Source: a virus. From it: a DNA stretch of 64,000 nt. The position numbers and the translations under genes were made by a program. The notes beneath the pieces were generated by a model. That model saw nothing but the letters and a program-made list of their open reading frames with translations. It ran no database searches and was not told the origin of the DNA. The stretch lies in IMG/VR virus record IMGVR_UViG_3300021963_000035, positions 32,001 through 96,000 of that record, one strand, 5' to 3'. This document shows positions 10,660-20,280 of the stretch, one piece after another; position 1 is the first letter of the stretch; each line of letters starts with the position of its first letter.

Positions 10660-12227
10660 TATTCTGAATCCCTATCTGTATTTTGTTTATTAAAAATCTG
10701 AGGGGCAAAATTTTCGTGTCCGGGCCAGGGCTCGTGCATAGGAACACGCCTCATAATACTGGCTATTCCTTCCGCCTGATATCTGTTTTCCCAACCCTTA
10801 GCAGTATCCGTGGCAAAATTCTTTCTCAATGCTAATGCTTCTACCGGTTCTGCTGTCTCAGCTTTTTCTGCAATAGGGCCGTTCATGTCTATCCTATTGG
10901 CAGTTTCGTAATGGCGGTCACCGCTTCTTATATGTGTATTACCGGCCGCAGTAAATCTATTATCGCCGTCCGTTCTTACATTAAAATTACCAGCTGTAAC
11001 AAATTTTGCATCGGTATTAACTACAGTTTCTAGATTTCCTTTTACTGAAATTTTACCGTTGCTACCTACTGTTAAATTAAAATCTGTTTCGACATCTATC
11101 TGCACTCTACCAGTTGCAGATCTCATATTAATATTTCTTCCTGCTTCTAAATTAATATCTCTATCTGCACGAATGTTTAAATCATTTTGTGTATGAATAC
11201 TGATACTATCGTCGGCAAAAATATCAATCTTACCATTGCTGGTCATTTCTATCCAGGTAGTGCCTTTAGAATTTCCTATGTAAATTAAATCCTCGCTGTT
11301 GTGAAACAACAACTGATGTCCAGTCCTAGTCCTTATTCTAAAATATTCACTATAAGGTATATTAGGAGTACCTTTTTCGTTCTTTAATAAATCAACATAA
11401 TCCTGGCCGCCTTCGCTTGCTGGTGTTTTTCTGGTGTATTGATCATCACCATCATCCATTATTATCTGTGTTCCACCTAAACGACTTACTGGTATCGGTT
11501 TAGTAGTTTGAGTTGCAGAATTTTTAATGAATGCTTTCTTACCTTCTTGGTCCAACGGGCCTGGAGTTGATATTCCGAATACCATTCCAGGGATATCTCT
11601 TCTTGCAGTAGTAGGTGCAGTACCTCTAACATCATCGTCAAGCAGCCCTTGTTCTAAAAATCTATCGGCGATAGGATGTACGGGTTTCTTTGCTAAATCT
11701 ATTCTAGTGCCTAAACCTTTATCAAATAAATCTCTATTGTATTCTGCAACAGGTAAGGGTTGTTTAGTTGCATATTTTTTTTGATCTGCGGGACTTATAT
11801 CAACATTTAATGATCCGCCAATTGCAGGAATCATGTGATTCATTCCTCGGTCCGGAACGCAGCCCATCCAATACCCATCTGCAGGGTTTCCATTAACAAA
11901 AAAGCAAAGAACAAAAACTCCTAGATCAGGAGGAACGAACCACATTCCATAACTTTTTTGTGTGTCATTAAATCCCGTAGCTGCATCAGTTTTCTCAGCA
12001 GTATTATTTCCTACGTGTTCTAAACTTGTTACTCCATAGAAAGGAGAAGCATATCTTACAATTAAAGAATTTCCGTATTCAACTAACTTATTACCTTGAT
12101 GACGCATCAGTACTACACGCAAACTGCCCATGTATGAAGCATCTACATATCCCACTACCTTTGCTAGGTATGGACTGTGCGGTAGTTTAGTACCTTGGCC
12201 CGCTGGTTCTCTTCGTTCTATTGTCAT
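10659..12227 (-). CDS. gp5: Baseplate central spike, gp5-like (OB fold + beta-helix)
   Basis: SYGMWFVPPD.G..VL OB-fold motif, RTRTGHQLL, and C-terminal 8-residue beta-helix repeats. Confidence 0.8.
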   Translation of the reverse strand: MTIERREPAGQGTKLPHSPYLAKVVGYVDASYMGSLRVVLMRHQGNKLVEYGNSLIVRYASPFYGVTSLEHVGNNTAEKTDAATGFNDTQKSYGMWFVPPDLGVFVLCFFVNGNPADGYWMGCVPDRGMNHMIPAIGGSLNVDISPADQKKYATKQPLPVAEYNRDLFDKGLGTRIDLAKKPVHPIADRFLEQGLLDDDVRGTAPTTARRDIPGMVFGISTPGPLDQEGKKAFIKNSATQTTKPIPVSRLGGTQIIMDDGDDQYTRKTPASEGGQDYVDLLKNEKGTPNIPYSEYFRIRTRTGHQLLFHNSEDLIYIGNSKGTTWIEMTSNGKIDIFADDSISIHTQNDLNIRADRDINLEAGRNINMRSATGRVQIDVETDFNLTVGSNGKISVKGNLETVVNTDAKFVTAGNFNVRTDGDNRFTAAGNTHIRSGDRHYETANRIDMNGPIAEKAETAEPVEALALRKNFATDTAKGWENRYQAEGIASIMRRVPMHEPWPGHENFAPQIFNKQNTDRDSE

Positions 12228-12228
12228 A

Positions 12229-14511
12229 TTATGCCACTATTATTACTTCAGAAGCTGGTGCTGAAGGATCTTCTTGACCACCTGGGGATTCTGGTAACAC
12301 CTTAGTCTTATCTTGAGTTTCTGGTGTTTCTTGCTGGTCAAGATAATCGTCTGGCTGACCGGGCATCCTAATCAGTGTAAGACTTTGTGTAAATTTTCCG
12401 TCAGTAAATTTACTGGAACAATCGTTTACTTTATAAATTCCACTAAACTCACTTACGGTGTTTCCTATAGAGGTAAATTCATACAATCCAGTTTCTGGGT
12501 TAATATCTCTAGGTGTTAAAAATTCTAAAATCACATAAACTTCACTGCCTTCGTAAGTCATAGTGCCGTCTTGCGTAATAGCGTCATTCTGTTTTTGAGC
12601 GAAGTAATTCCCCATACCACTATCTACCATCCAGTAAGGATCTCCTAATATATCTAGGTTGACTTTAATCATGTCTCCTTTAGTTGTTAGATTTTGCTGA
12701 AACATTTCTGCTATTTTCTTTTCTGATCGAACATCACCCGCACCACCCGGATACGAATCTTCTAAAGACTCGGGGCTATTTTTCATCTGTGCTATCGGAG
12801 AATTTGACGCTGCAACCTCATCCGTCTGTCCGCCGTCTTGTGTGACGAATTTCGTTTCAGTACCTGGGGCTAAAGATTGCACCGCTTGTGACTTAACTCC
12901 ACCGGTGTCTGTTGGGCCAGCGCCTGACGCTCCTGTATAAAACAATGTATCAAATTTTATATCAAATCTTAATACGTGATCATTTTTGCCAGTATAGATA
13001 TATTGATATCGCTTGGCTATTTTCTTTTGTAATTTACTATATCCTATCACAGCAGTACTAGGATTCATGTAAACGCTATGATGCACCCTATAAGGAACTA
13101 TTCTATAGATGATCTTTTTAGCGTAGTCTTTTGTTAGAGGATCAAACTCTAGTAATTTCATCTGTACATCAATTTTAAACCATTCAATAGTTCCGTCATC
13201 GGCGATTTTTTTAAATGTATCTATAGACCATTTACTACTCATTATAATTTGCACAAGTATATCTGTAATACTTTGACCTTGAGCAAACTGAAAAGCTCTA
13301 GCGTTAGGATCGATGATAACTTTATCTCTGTTGATCTTAGCACTGTCAGGATCATATACATCACCTTCTAAAGGCATGACAAAATTTCCGCCCCTAGATG
13401 CATCAAATCCCATGCTGCTATCGCCGATAGCATTGTTGCCAAAATCAGTTACTCCTTGAGGATCTTTTCCAACTTTTAAAGGAACATATTCGAAATTTGT
13501 AGTAGCTCCGCCATCGGAGCCTCCTTCGCCTTGTGTAATTCCTATAGGATCATGACCGTCCTTGGGAAAAACAAAAAGATATTCATTTGCTATAGATTGA
13601 TTTTTCTTTTCGGCTGCATTTCTTTTTTCTTGACCGTTTAAAATAGAACTAAGAGAAAATTCCCCAAATGATAATAATTCTTTTACTGAGCTTCCTTGTA
13701 ATTGAATATCTTTAAACGATTTGTTTACAACATTACTGAAACCGGTATGATTATAAGGAACTGCTTCTACTTTATAAGTTGATCCAGCATCGTTAACTTC
13801 CATTTTTACACCGATAAGTCTCATCGGAAAGTATTTGCTAAATTTACTAGATGCTAAGCCGTCGTCGGTATATCCTTGAAAATCAACTTTTAATAGATAA
13901 GGACAGTTATCTAGATAACTTTTGTATCCGGCTTTGTCTGCCGCATTCTGTAAACTCTGAAGGAACAATCCCATGCTATATGGTTCAACAACATCAAACA
14001 TTAATTTCATAGCATTACTATTACCATTCTTTTCTCTAGGAATTATTACAGAATTAATAATAAAGTTGTTTACAAAATATTCCGGTTTGCCGTAGTATGT
14101 TGATACTCTTAAATCATCGTATCTACCAGCTGAGCTGAAAACTACTCCTGCCTGAAACACCTTGTCATTTCTTACAAACTTTTTATTAAGATAAGCTAAA
14201 TTGTCTTGTCTATATGTCGCTGGATTATTATATTGTTCTTTAGTTAACACTGCTAAGGTGAATAACTGAGTGTATGAAGTAAACTTATCTAACGGATTAG
14301 CTATAGGAGTATAAGTGTAGGGCAATCGATCAGCAACAACTGTTACCTCGGGCAATCTTCTATTATCATCATCGGTAACATTTGTTTCAACTTTAGATTG
14401 GGTTGATGAGCCTGTGCTGTTAGAAATAATGAATCTTTTACGTGCATCGAGGTCGGCGGTAGATCCGTCGCTTATATCGTTCAATCTAACTGCTGTTCCT
14501 GAATCTGCCAT
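12229..14511 (-). CDS. Putative baseplate hub protein (gp27-like role)
   Basis: Sits between gp53 and gp5; ILGDPYW and FSGIYKV...F..GKFTQSLTLIR C-terminal pattern typical of hub proteins. Confidence 0.5.
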   Translation of the reverse strand: MADSGTAVRLNDISDGSTADLDARKRFIISNSTGSSTQSKVETNVTDDDNRRLPEVTVVADRLPYTYTPIANPLDKFTSYTQLFTLAVLTKEQYNNPATYRQDNLAYLNKKFVRNDKVFQAGVVFSSAGRYDDLRVSTYYGKPEYFVNNFIINSVIIPREKNGNSNAMKLMFDVVEPYSMGLFLQSLQNAADKAGYKSYLDNCPYLLKVDFQGYTDDGLASSKFSKYFPMRLIGVKMEVNDAGSTYKVEAVPYNHTGFSNVVNKSFKDIQLQGSSVKELLSFGEFSLSSILNGQEKRNAAEKKNQSIANEYLFVFPKDGHDPIGITQGEGGSDGGATTNFEYVPLKVGKDPQGVTDFGNNAIGDSSMGFDASRGGNFVMPLEGDVYDPDSAKINRDKVIIDPNARAFQFAQGQSITDILVQIIMSSKWSIDTFKKIADDGTIEWFKIDVQMKLLEFDPLTKDYAKKIIYRIVPYRVHHSVYMNPSTAVIGYSKLQKKIAKRYQYIYTGKNDHVLRFDIKFDTLFYTGASGAGPTDTGGVKSQAVQSLAPGTETKFVTQDGGQTDEVAASNSPIAQMKNSPESLEDSYPGGAGDVRSEKKIAEMFQQNLTTKGDMIKVNLDILGDPYWMVDSGMGNYFAQKQNDAITQDGTMTYEGSEVYVILEFLTPRDINPETGLYEFTSIGNTVSEFSGIYKVNDCSSKFTDGKFTQSLTLIRMPGQPDDYLDQQETPETQDKTKVLPESPGGQEDPSAPASEVIIVA

Positions 14512-14514
14512 CTA

Positions 14515-14814
14515 TTAAACTCCCAAGAATCTCTGAAGATTACTTTTCTTAGGTAAAAATATTTTAGTCCCTGTAGTAAAATCATATATTGGATCTTTTA
14601 TGGTATCCATGTTTCGTTGTGTAAACACCCACCAAAGTTTCGGACTACCGTATAAGTCGTACGCAAGCAAATCCGGTCTATAATTATATTGACTCTCAAT
14701 GACATATTGAATATCATCTGCCTCAGAAGGCACTGGTCGAATGTTTAATAATTCTAGATAAAGATCATTCTGAGTTGTTTTAAACCAAGGACTTGTATTA
14801 GTATAAGTTGCCAT
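14515..14814 (-). CDS. gp53: Baseplate wedge protein, gp53-like (LysM-type)
   Basis: RPDLLAYDLYGSPKLWWVF motif. Confidence 0.8.
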   Translation of the reverse strand: MATYTNTSPWFKTTQNDLYLELLNIRPVPSEADDIQYVIESQYNYRPDLLAYDLYGSPKLWWVFTQRNMDTIKDPIYDFTTGTKIFLPKKSNLQRFLGV

Positions 14815-14815
14815 T

Positions 14816-15862
14816 TTAAATTATTCCTACTTCTTGGCCAGAAACAAAGTTTTGTAAACTAAATTTCCTCAAACGCTCTCTGCTGTAGATCGGACTTACA
14901 GTCACAGACACTGTAGAAAATATAGGAACCCAATTGTCTACTCCGTTGTAAGGAACTTTTATGTAATTAACGTCGTCTTTTAGTTCTAGATTAAAAGATT
15001 TAACTACTACTGAAACATTATTGATCACCTGTGGACCATACCCACTTAAGGTACAGATCACAGGGGGATTTCCTACAAAATCTCCCGTTCCATAAAACAT
15101 TTTTGTTGCGGCTCGTAAAAACGTAATAGCTTCAAGATAATAGCCACCGTCAGCTACATCTTCTACCACAAAGTCTGCTGAAATAGTAATATCATCCACT
15201 TGACTATTTTTATAAGACAACATCGGAGCATTTGAATGCACAGGATCCGAAGTAGAGTAATTAGCTTTACTTGAAATTGTCATGTTTGGAGTAAACGGAA
15301 ATATCAATCCTTCGGATATTTTCAATCTTGAGAATGTTCCTATTCCGAAAATAGTATCAAAATCACAATATAGTTTTACTCTCCAATCACCTTCTCCACG
15401 GTCATTTCTTATTGCCACTGTCGATGTTCCGGTAAATAACTCTGCACCAGCAGGAAGACTTTTTCCCCTAGCTAGGCTAGCAAAATTATTGATTGCACCG
15501 GCTGTTCTACCGATAGCTCCCAATGCTCCTACTAATCGATCACCTATTCCAATACGTTGCAGTGTGGCAGCAGCATTGCCTGCATTTGCAGAAACTACTC
15601 CAGCATTGTCCCCGATTACTCCGGCGGCGGTTCTGACACCAGTAACTAAGCTCTGTCCTCTGCCAGCTTCAATGTCTTGTCTGTTTGAGGCTCCTCCGTT
15701 AAGTCCAGTACCAGGGGCTCCGGAATAGGTTTCAACTGTTCTGTTAAGATCAGCTACATCTGCAGGAGTTGGTTTTTGGTTGCTGATCGACTGTACCCCT
15801 TGTTGAATCATTGAGGACACTGTGTTGTATATCTTTGAGAACGGATTGGCAGACAAACTCAT
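14816..15862 (-). CDS. Putative baseplate/tail tube cap or initiator (gp48/gp54-like)
   Basis: LIFPFTP...GNPPVICTLSGYG tube-like C-terminal domain; first gene of the baseplate operon. Confidence 0.45.
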   Translation of the reverse strand: MSLSANPFSKIYNTVSSMIQQGVQSISNQKPTPADVADLNRTVETYSGAPGTGLNGGASNRQDIEAGRGQSLVTGVRTAAGVIGDNAGVVSANAGNAAATLQRIGIGDRLVGALGAIGRTAGAINNFASLARGKSLPAGAELFTGTSTVAIRNDRGEGDWRVKLYCDFDTIFGIGTFSRLKISEGLIFPFTPNMTISSKANYSTSDPVHSNAPMLSYKNSQVDDITISADFVVEDVADGGYYLEAITFLRAATKMFYGTGDFVGNPPVICTLSGYGPQVINNVSVVVKSFNLELKDDVNYIKVPYNGVDNWVPIFSTVSVTVSPIYSRERLRKFSLQNFVSGQEVGII

Positions 15863-15882
15863 AATATTTTTACCTTTTAGTC

Positions 15883-15888
15883 TATTTA
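15883..15888 (-). promoter_or_regulatory. Late promoter box TAAATA for the baseplate operon
   Basis: TAAATA on the minus strand 20 nt before ATG 15862; matches the core of T4 TATAAATA. Confidence 0.7.
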
Positions 15889-15938
15889 TTCTGTTAAAAA
15901 TGTGCTATTATATTACTATCTGAGGACCCATAACTATA

Positions 15939-16766
15939 ATGAATGTACAACCAAAAATAAAATACCTAACTAACAAAGATTTACTTCGAGAAATACATCT
16001 AAGCAAAAACACCTATTGCTCGTATCTACAGCCAGAATATCATGATTATGATCTAATAGTTCCTAGCCTAGAAAAAATTAATATTAGAACTATAGCGGAA
16101 GCCAAACGCAATCGTGCGGCCAAGCTCAGCAAACTAGCACACGAAAAAGCACTGCTAACTGATCGAAAAGCTGTTGCTAGAGATCATGAAGTAGACTACA
16201 AGAAAGTAGCAAAGAACGATGTTGTGTTTAGATTAATGACATTTGAACACATACCGTTAGCGCCAGGTCGTAAAAAGACTGTCAAATCTAGAGCAGACAG
16301 TCACGAAAAAGTAAACTTTCCTCCTTTCCAACATTGGAAATTCGATGACAAAGAAAACCTAATCTGTGTAGGTAAAAGCCACTGGAAAGGGGATCTGCAA
16401 CTAGGAGAGTTTTCTAAAGAACACGGACAGATGACTAATAATCTTGCCCGAATGTTTATTAAACTTTGTGAGCGTTATGCTACCAGAGGTAACGTTAGAG
16501 GTTATACCTACAACGACGAAATGCGCGGGCAAGCTATTCTCCAACTAACCCAGATAGGACTACAATTCGATGAAAGCAAATCAAATAATCCTTTTGCTTA
16601 CTATACTGCTGCTGTTACTAATTCATTCGTTAGAATTATCAACATTGAGAAACGCAATCAAAACATTAGAGACGACATTCTTGAAATGAACGGAATGAAT
16701 CCTAGCTGGACTAGACAAAACTCAGGGCCCGTTGGTGGCGGTGGAGACTGGGGCGGTGACGATTGA
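15939..16766 (+). CDS. gp55: Late-transcription sigma factor, gp55-like
   Basis: YLTNKDLL N-terminus; N.RGYTYNDEM and FDESKSNNPFAYYT....NSF.RII..EK motifs; adjacent to gp47. Confidence 0.88.
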   Translation: MNVQPKIKYLTNKDLLREIHLSKNTYCSYLQPEYHDYDLIVPSLEKINIRTIAEAKRNRAAKLSKLAHEKALLTDRKAVARDHEVDYKKVAKNDVVFRLMTFEHIPLAPGRKKTVKSRADSHEKVNFPPFQHWKFDDKENLICVGKSHWKGDLQLGEFSKEHGQMTNNLARMFIKLCERYATRGNVRGYTYNDEMRGQAILQLTQIGLQFDESKSNNPFAYYTAAVTNSFVRIINIEKRNQNIRDDILEMNGMNPSWTRQNSGPVGGGGDWGGDD

Positions 16767-16791
16767 AATTAATCGCTCAACATGTTAAAAT
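16763..16791 (+). promoter_or_regulatory. Sigma70-type promoter for gp47/gp46
   Basis: TTGAAA-17 nt-TAAAAT with an extended -10 TG, followed by SD GGAGG. Confidence 0.6.
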
Positions 16792-16806
16792 TGCACTGGA
16801 GGATTT

Positions 16807-17817
16807 ATGAGTTTATTCAAAAAAGCAGCCTGTTTTACTGATATACATTTTGGTTTAAAAGGCGGTAGCCGAACACACAACAACGATTGTGAAGAATTTG
16901 TTAAATGGTTTTGCGACACTGCAAAAGCTGAAGGCTGCGATACTGTCATATTCCTAGGTGATTGGCATCATAATAGGTCGGCAACAGATGTAAGCACAAT
17001 GAATTACACTGTTAGTAATCTCAAACGACTAAATGATAACTTTGATCAAGTGTTTGTTATCACTGGCAACCACGATCAATTCTACAAAGATAAACGAGAA
17101 ATCAACAGTTTAGAGTTCGGCAGACTACTTCCAAACATAACACTAGTAGATAAAACTATCACTTCTGGTGATGTTACCATTATGCCCTGGTTAGTCGGAG
17201 ACGAATGGAAAGATGTTCCAAAGATTAAAAGTCAATACATCTTTGGACACTTAGAATTACCTTCATTTTACATGAATGCAATGGTGCAGATGCCCGATCA
17301 CGGACAATTACAAAGAGATCACTTTGTAAATCAAGAGTACGTGTTCACTGGACATTTCCATAAGCGTCAAGAAGCTAACAATATTGTCTACATAGGCAAT
17401 GCTTTTCCACACAACTACGCTGATAGTGGCGACGACGACCGAGGCATGATGATTTTAGAATGGGGTAAGAAGCCCGTTTATAAAAATTGGCCAGGACAGC
17501 CTGTATATCGAACATACAAGTTAAGTCAAATTATGGAAAATCCAGATGCATTGTTACATGAAAAAATGCATTGTAGGGTTAGCATCGACATACAGATTTC
17601 TTTTGAAGAAGCTAATCTTATTAAAGAAACGTTTATTCCCCAATACAATTTAAGAGAACTGATGTTAATACCTGAAAAAGAGCAAATTGCCGACAACTTT
17701 GAAATGGGGGATATTACATTTGAAAGTGTTGACAGTATTGTTATAGGTCAACTAAATGCTATCGAATCAGAATCATTCGATAAGAAACTGCTGCTGGACA
17801 TATATCAAAATCTATGA
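16807..17817 (+). CDS. gp47: Recombination endonuclease subunit (Mre11/SbcD-like)
   Basis: Metallophosphoesterase motifs DIHFG, GDWHH, GNHD, GHFH. Confidence 0.93.
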   Translation: MSLFKKAACFTDIHFGLKGGSRTHNNDCEEFVKWFCDTAKAEGCDTVIFLGDWHHNRSATDVSTMNYTVSNLKRLNDNFDQVFVITGNHDQFYKDKREINSLEFGRLLPNITLVDKTITSGDVTIMPWLVGDEWKDVPKIKSQYIFGHLELPSFYMNAMVQMPDHGQLQRDHFVNQEYVFTGHFHKRQEANNIVYIGNAFPHNYADSGDDDRGMMILEWGKKPVYKNWPGQPVYRTYKLSQIMENPDALLHEKMHCRVSIDIQISFEEANLIKETFIPQYNLRELMLIPEKEQIADNFEMGDITFESVDSIVIGQLNAIESESFDKKLLLDIYQNL

Positions 17818-19595
17818 TTAAAATAAAAAATTTAACTGTAAAAAACTTTATGAGTGTGGGTAATCAAACCCAGGCTGTAGATTTTGACAAAGGATCGTTA
17901 ACACTAGTATTAGGTGAGAATCTAGATCTAGGCGGAGACGGCACTGGTGCTAGGAACGGAACCGGTAAGACTACTATAGTAAATGCGTTGAGTTATGCGA
18001 TTTACGGCAATGCCCTAACAAATATTAAAAAAGATAATCTGATCAACAAAATCAACAATAAAAATATGTTGGTCACTGTTAGCTTTGATAAAAACGGTGT
18101 AGAGTATCACATTGAACGCGGTCGCAAACCTAACTTATTAAAACTTAGCATTAACGGTACAGAGTTACAGCCCATAGAACAAGACGAAAGCCAGGGCGAT
18201 TCTAGAGAAACACAAAAAGAAATAGAATCAGTATTCGGTATGACTCACGATATGTTCAAGCATCTCGTGGCTCTTAACACTTATACAGAACCGTTCCTGT
18301 CAATGAAAGCAGGTGATCAACGTGCAATCATTGAACAACTGCTGGGCATTACTATACTATCTGAAAAAGCAGATGCTTTAAAAGAAGGTATCAAGTTAAA
18401 CAAAGAATTAATTACTCAAGAAAATACAAAAATTGAAACTATTAAAGCGTCTAATGCTAGAATACAGCAAAGTATTGATGCATTAGAGCGTAAACAAACA
18501 TTGTGGTTACAGACCAAAGATGATACTGTAAGCAAATTAGAAAAAGACATCAAAGCATTGCAGCTTATAGACATTGATCTTGAAATTAACAATCAGAAGT
18601 TGTTAACTGATTGGAACAAGAACAAGAAAGAAATCGATAACCTAAACAGCCTATTGGCAAAACAGATAACAGCATTAGAAAAAGAACAACGGATCTTAGA
18701 CAAATTAAACAAGGAATTAGAATCTCTTGCAGAGCACAAGTGCCATAGCTGTGGGCAAGACCTTCACGACAGCAAACATCAGGAAATGATGGATGCTAAA
18801 CAGGCGCAGATACAAGAAAGTCTCAATAATGTAACTGCACATCAAGAAGAAATTACTGTGTTCAAAGAAGCATTAACTTTGCTAGGAGAACTAGGACCTT
18901 GTCCTAATGTAGTATATGACAGTTTAGAACAGGCTCTTAATCATAGAAACACATTAAGCAACTTAGAAAAAAATCTTGAAACTAAGAAAACAGAAAAAGA
19001 TCCATATCAGGATCAGATCGATGAATTAAAAAACACCGCTGTGCAGAACATTAACTGGAATAACATCAATGAACTAACAAAGATTAAAGATCATCAAGAG
19101 TTTTTATTAAAATTATTAACTAACAAAGATAGTTTTATTAGGAAACGCATCATCGATCAGAATCTAAGCTTCTTAAATGCTAGACTATCGTTCTATCTAG
19201 ATAGAATTGGACTTCCTCACCAGGTTACTTTCCAGAATGACCTATCAGTGTTGATTACACAGCTAGGACAAGATTTAGACTTTGACAATCTAAGTCGCGG
19301 AGAGCGCAATAGATTGATTCTAAGTCTAAGTTGGGCTTTCCGCGATGTGTGGGAAAATCTATATCAGAACATTAATTTGTTGTTTATTGATGAACTAGTT
19401 GATTCCGGAATGGATTCTAGTGGTGTTGAGAGTGCAATAGCTGTATTAAAGAAGATGACTAGAGAGCGTAATAAGAACGTTTTCCTGATCAGTCACCGGG
19501 ATGATCTAACTAATCGGGTCAATCAGGTACTACGTGTTATCAAAGAAAACGGCTTTACATCATATGCAACGGATGTGGATATTGTAGACAAATGA
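17814..19595 (+). CDS. gp46: Recombination ATPase subunit (Rad50/SbcC-like)
   Basis: Walker A NGTGKTT, coiled coil with CHSC zinc hook, signature LSRGE, Walker B LFIDE. Confidence 0.93.
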   Translation: MIKIKNLTVKNFMSVGNQTQAVDFDKGSLTLVLGENLDLGGDGTGARNGTGKTTIVNALSYAIYGNALTNIKKDNLINKINNKNMLVTVSFDKNGVEYHIERGRKPNLLKLSINGTELQPIEQDESQGDSRETQKEIESVFGMTHDMFKHLVALNTYTEPFLSMKAGDQRAIIEQLLGITILSEKADALKEGIKLNKELITQENTKIETIKASNARIQQSIDALERKQTLWLQTKDDTVSKLEKDIKALQLIDIDLEINNQKLLTDWNKNKKEIDNLNSLLAKQITALEKEQRILDKLNKELESLAEHKCHSCGQDLHDSKHQEMMDAKQAQIQESLNNVTAHQEEITVFKEALTLLGELGPCPNVVYDSLEQALNHRNTLSNLEKNLETKKTEKDPYQDQIDELKNTAVQNINWNNINELTKIKDHQEFLLKLLTNKDSFIRKRIIDQNLSFLNARLSFYLDRIGLPHQVTFQNDLSVLITQLGQDLDFDNLSRGERNRLILSLSWAFRDVWENLYQNINLLFIDELVDSGMDSSGVESAIAVLKKMTRERNKNVFLISHRDDLTNRVNQVLRVIKENGFTSYATDVDIVDK

Positions 19596-19831
19596 GCTAC
19601 GAAGCACATGATCGATTGATCAAGGCCTTTCAGGAATACTTTAAGGCCAAAATGAAATTTGACAAAGAAAATTCAGACAAAGGCGGCATAGAGGCAAGAT
19701 TTTGGCTATCAGAAATACGTAACGAGGCAAGCGACTTAAGAATAGAAATTCAAAAAGACAGAAAAGAACGCAGAAAGGCTAGATTAGGCAAAAACGGCAG
19801 GCCAAGAAAGGACGGCACGATTAGAGATTAG
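19592..19831 (+). CDS. Small basic helical protein, possibly Hc1 histone-H1-like family
   Basis: ATGA overlap with gp46; AFQEYF....KF......GG.EAR..LSEI......LR.EI pattern; basic tail. Confidence 0.5.
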   Translation: MSYEAHDRLIKAFQEYFKAKMKFDKENSDKGGIEARFWLSEIRNEASDLRIEIQKDRKERRKARLGKNGRPRKDGTIRD

Positions 19832-19845
19832 AACTAAAATAGTAA

Positions 19846-20280
19846 ATGCAGTGGACATATCAGAATACACTTGTGGAAGAATTGCCGGAAGATTGTATAG
19901 GATTCGTCTATCTGATCACCAATCTAATCACTGGACGCAAATACATAGGCAAAAAACTGGCACAGTTTAAACGCACAAAACCACCACTCAAAGGCAAAAA
20001 ACTTAAAAGACGCAGCACTGTAGAAAGCGATTGGCGCGAATATTGGGGCTCATCTGATAAGTTACAAGCAGATGTACAAACACTAGGTCCAGAAAAATTC
20101 ACCAGAGAAATACTTTATTACTGCAAAAGCAAGGCTGAAATGAGCTATCTTGAGGCTAGAGAACAGTTTGAACGTAAGGTTTTGGAAACAGACGAGTACT
20201 ATAATGGCATTATTAATGTCAGAGTAGGCGGTTCAAACATACTTAGGCAACGTCTAGAAGAACATAAAAAGGCAAAATAA
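19846..20280 (+). CDS. GIY-YIG endonuclease (T4 endonuclease II/DenA-like, stand-alone domain)
   Basis: GFVYLITN...RKYIGKK, WREYWGSS, YLE..EQ and YYNG motifs; 144 aa. Confidence 0.88.
   Translation: MQWTYQNTLVEELPEDCIGFVYLITNLITGRKYIGKKLAQFKRTKPPLKGKKLKRRSTVESDWREYWGSSDKLQADVQTLGPEKFTREILYYCKSKAEMSYLEAREQFERKVLETDEYYNGIINVRVGGSNILRQRLEEHKKAK

Noticed and set aside
19289-19303. LSRGE instead of LSGGE in the gp46 ABC signature as a sign of inactivation
   Set aside because: All other ATPase motifs are intact, and signature variation is tolerated in Rad50/gp46 proteins.
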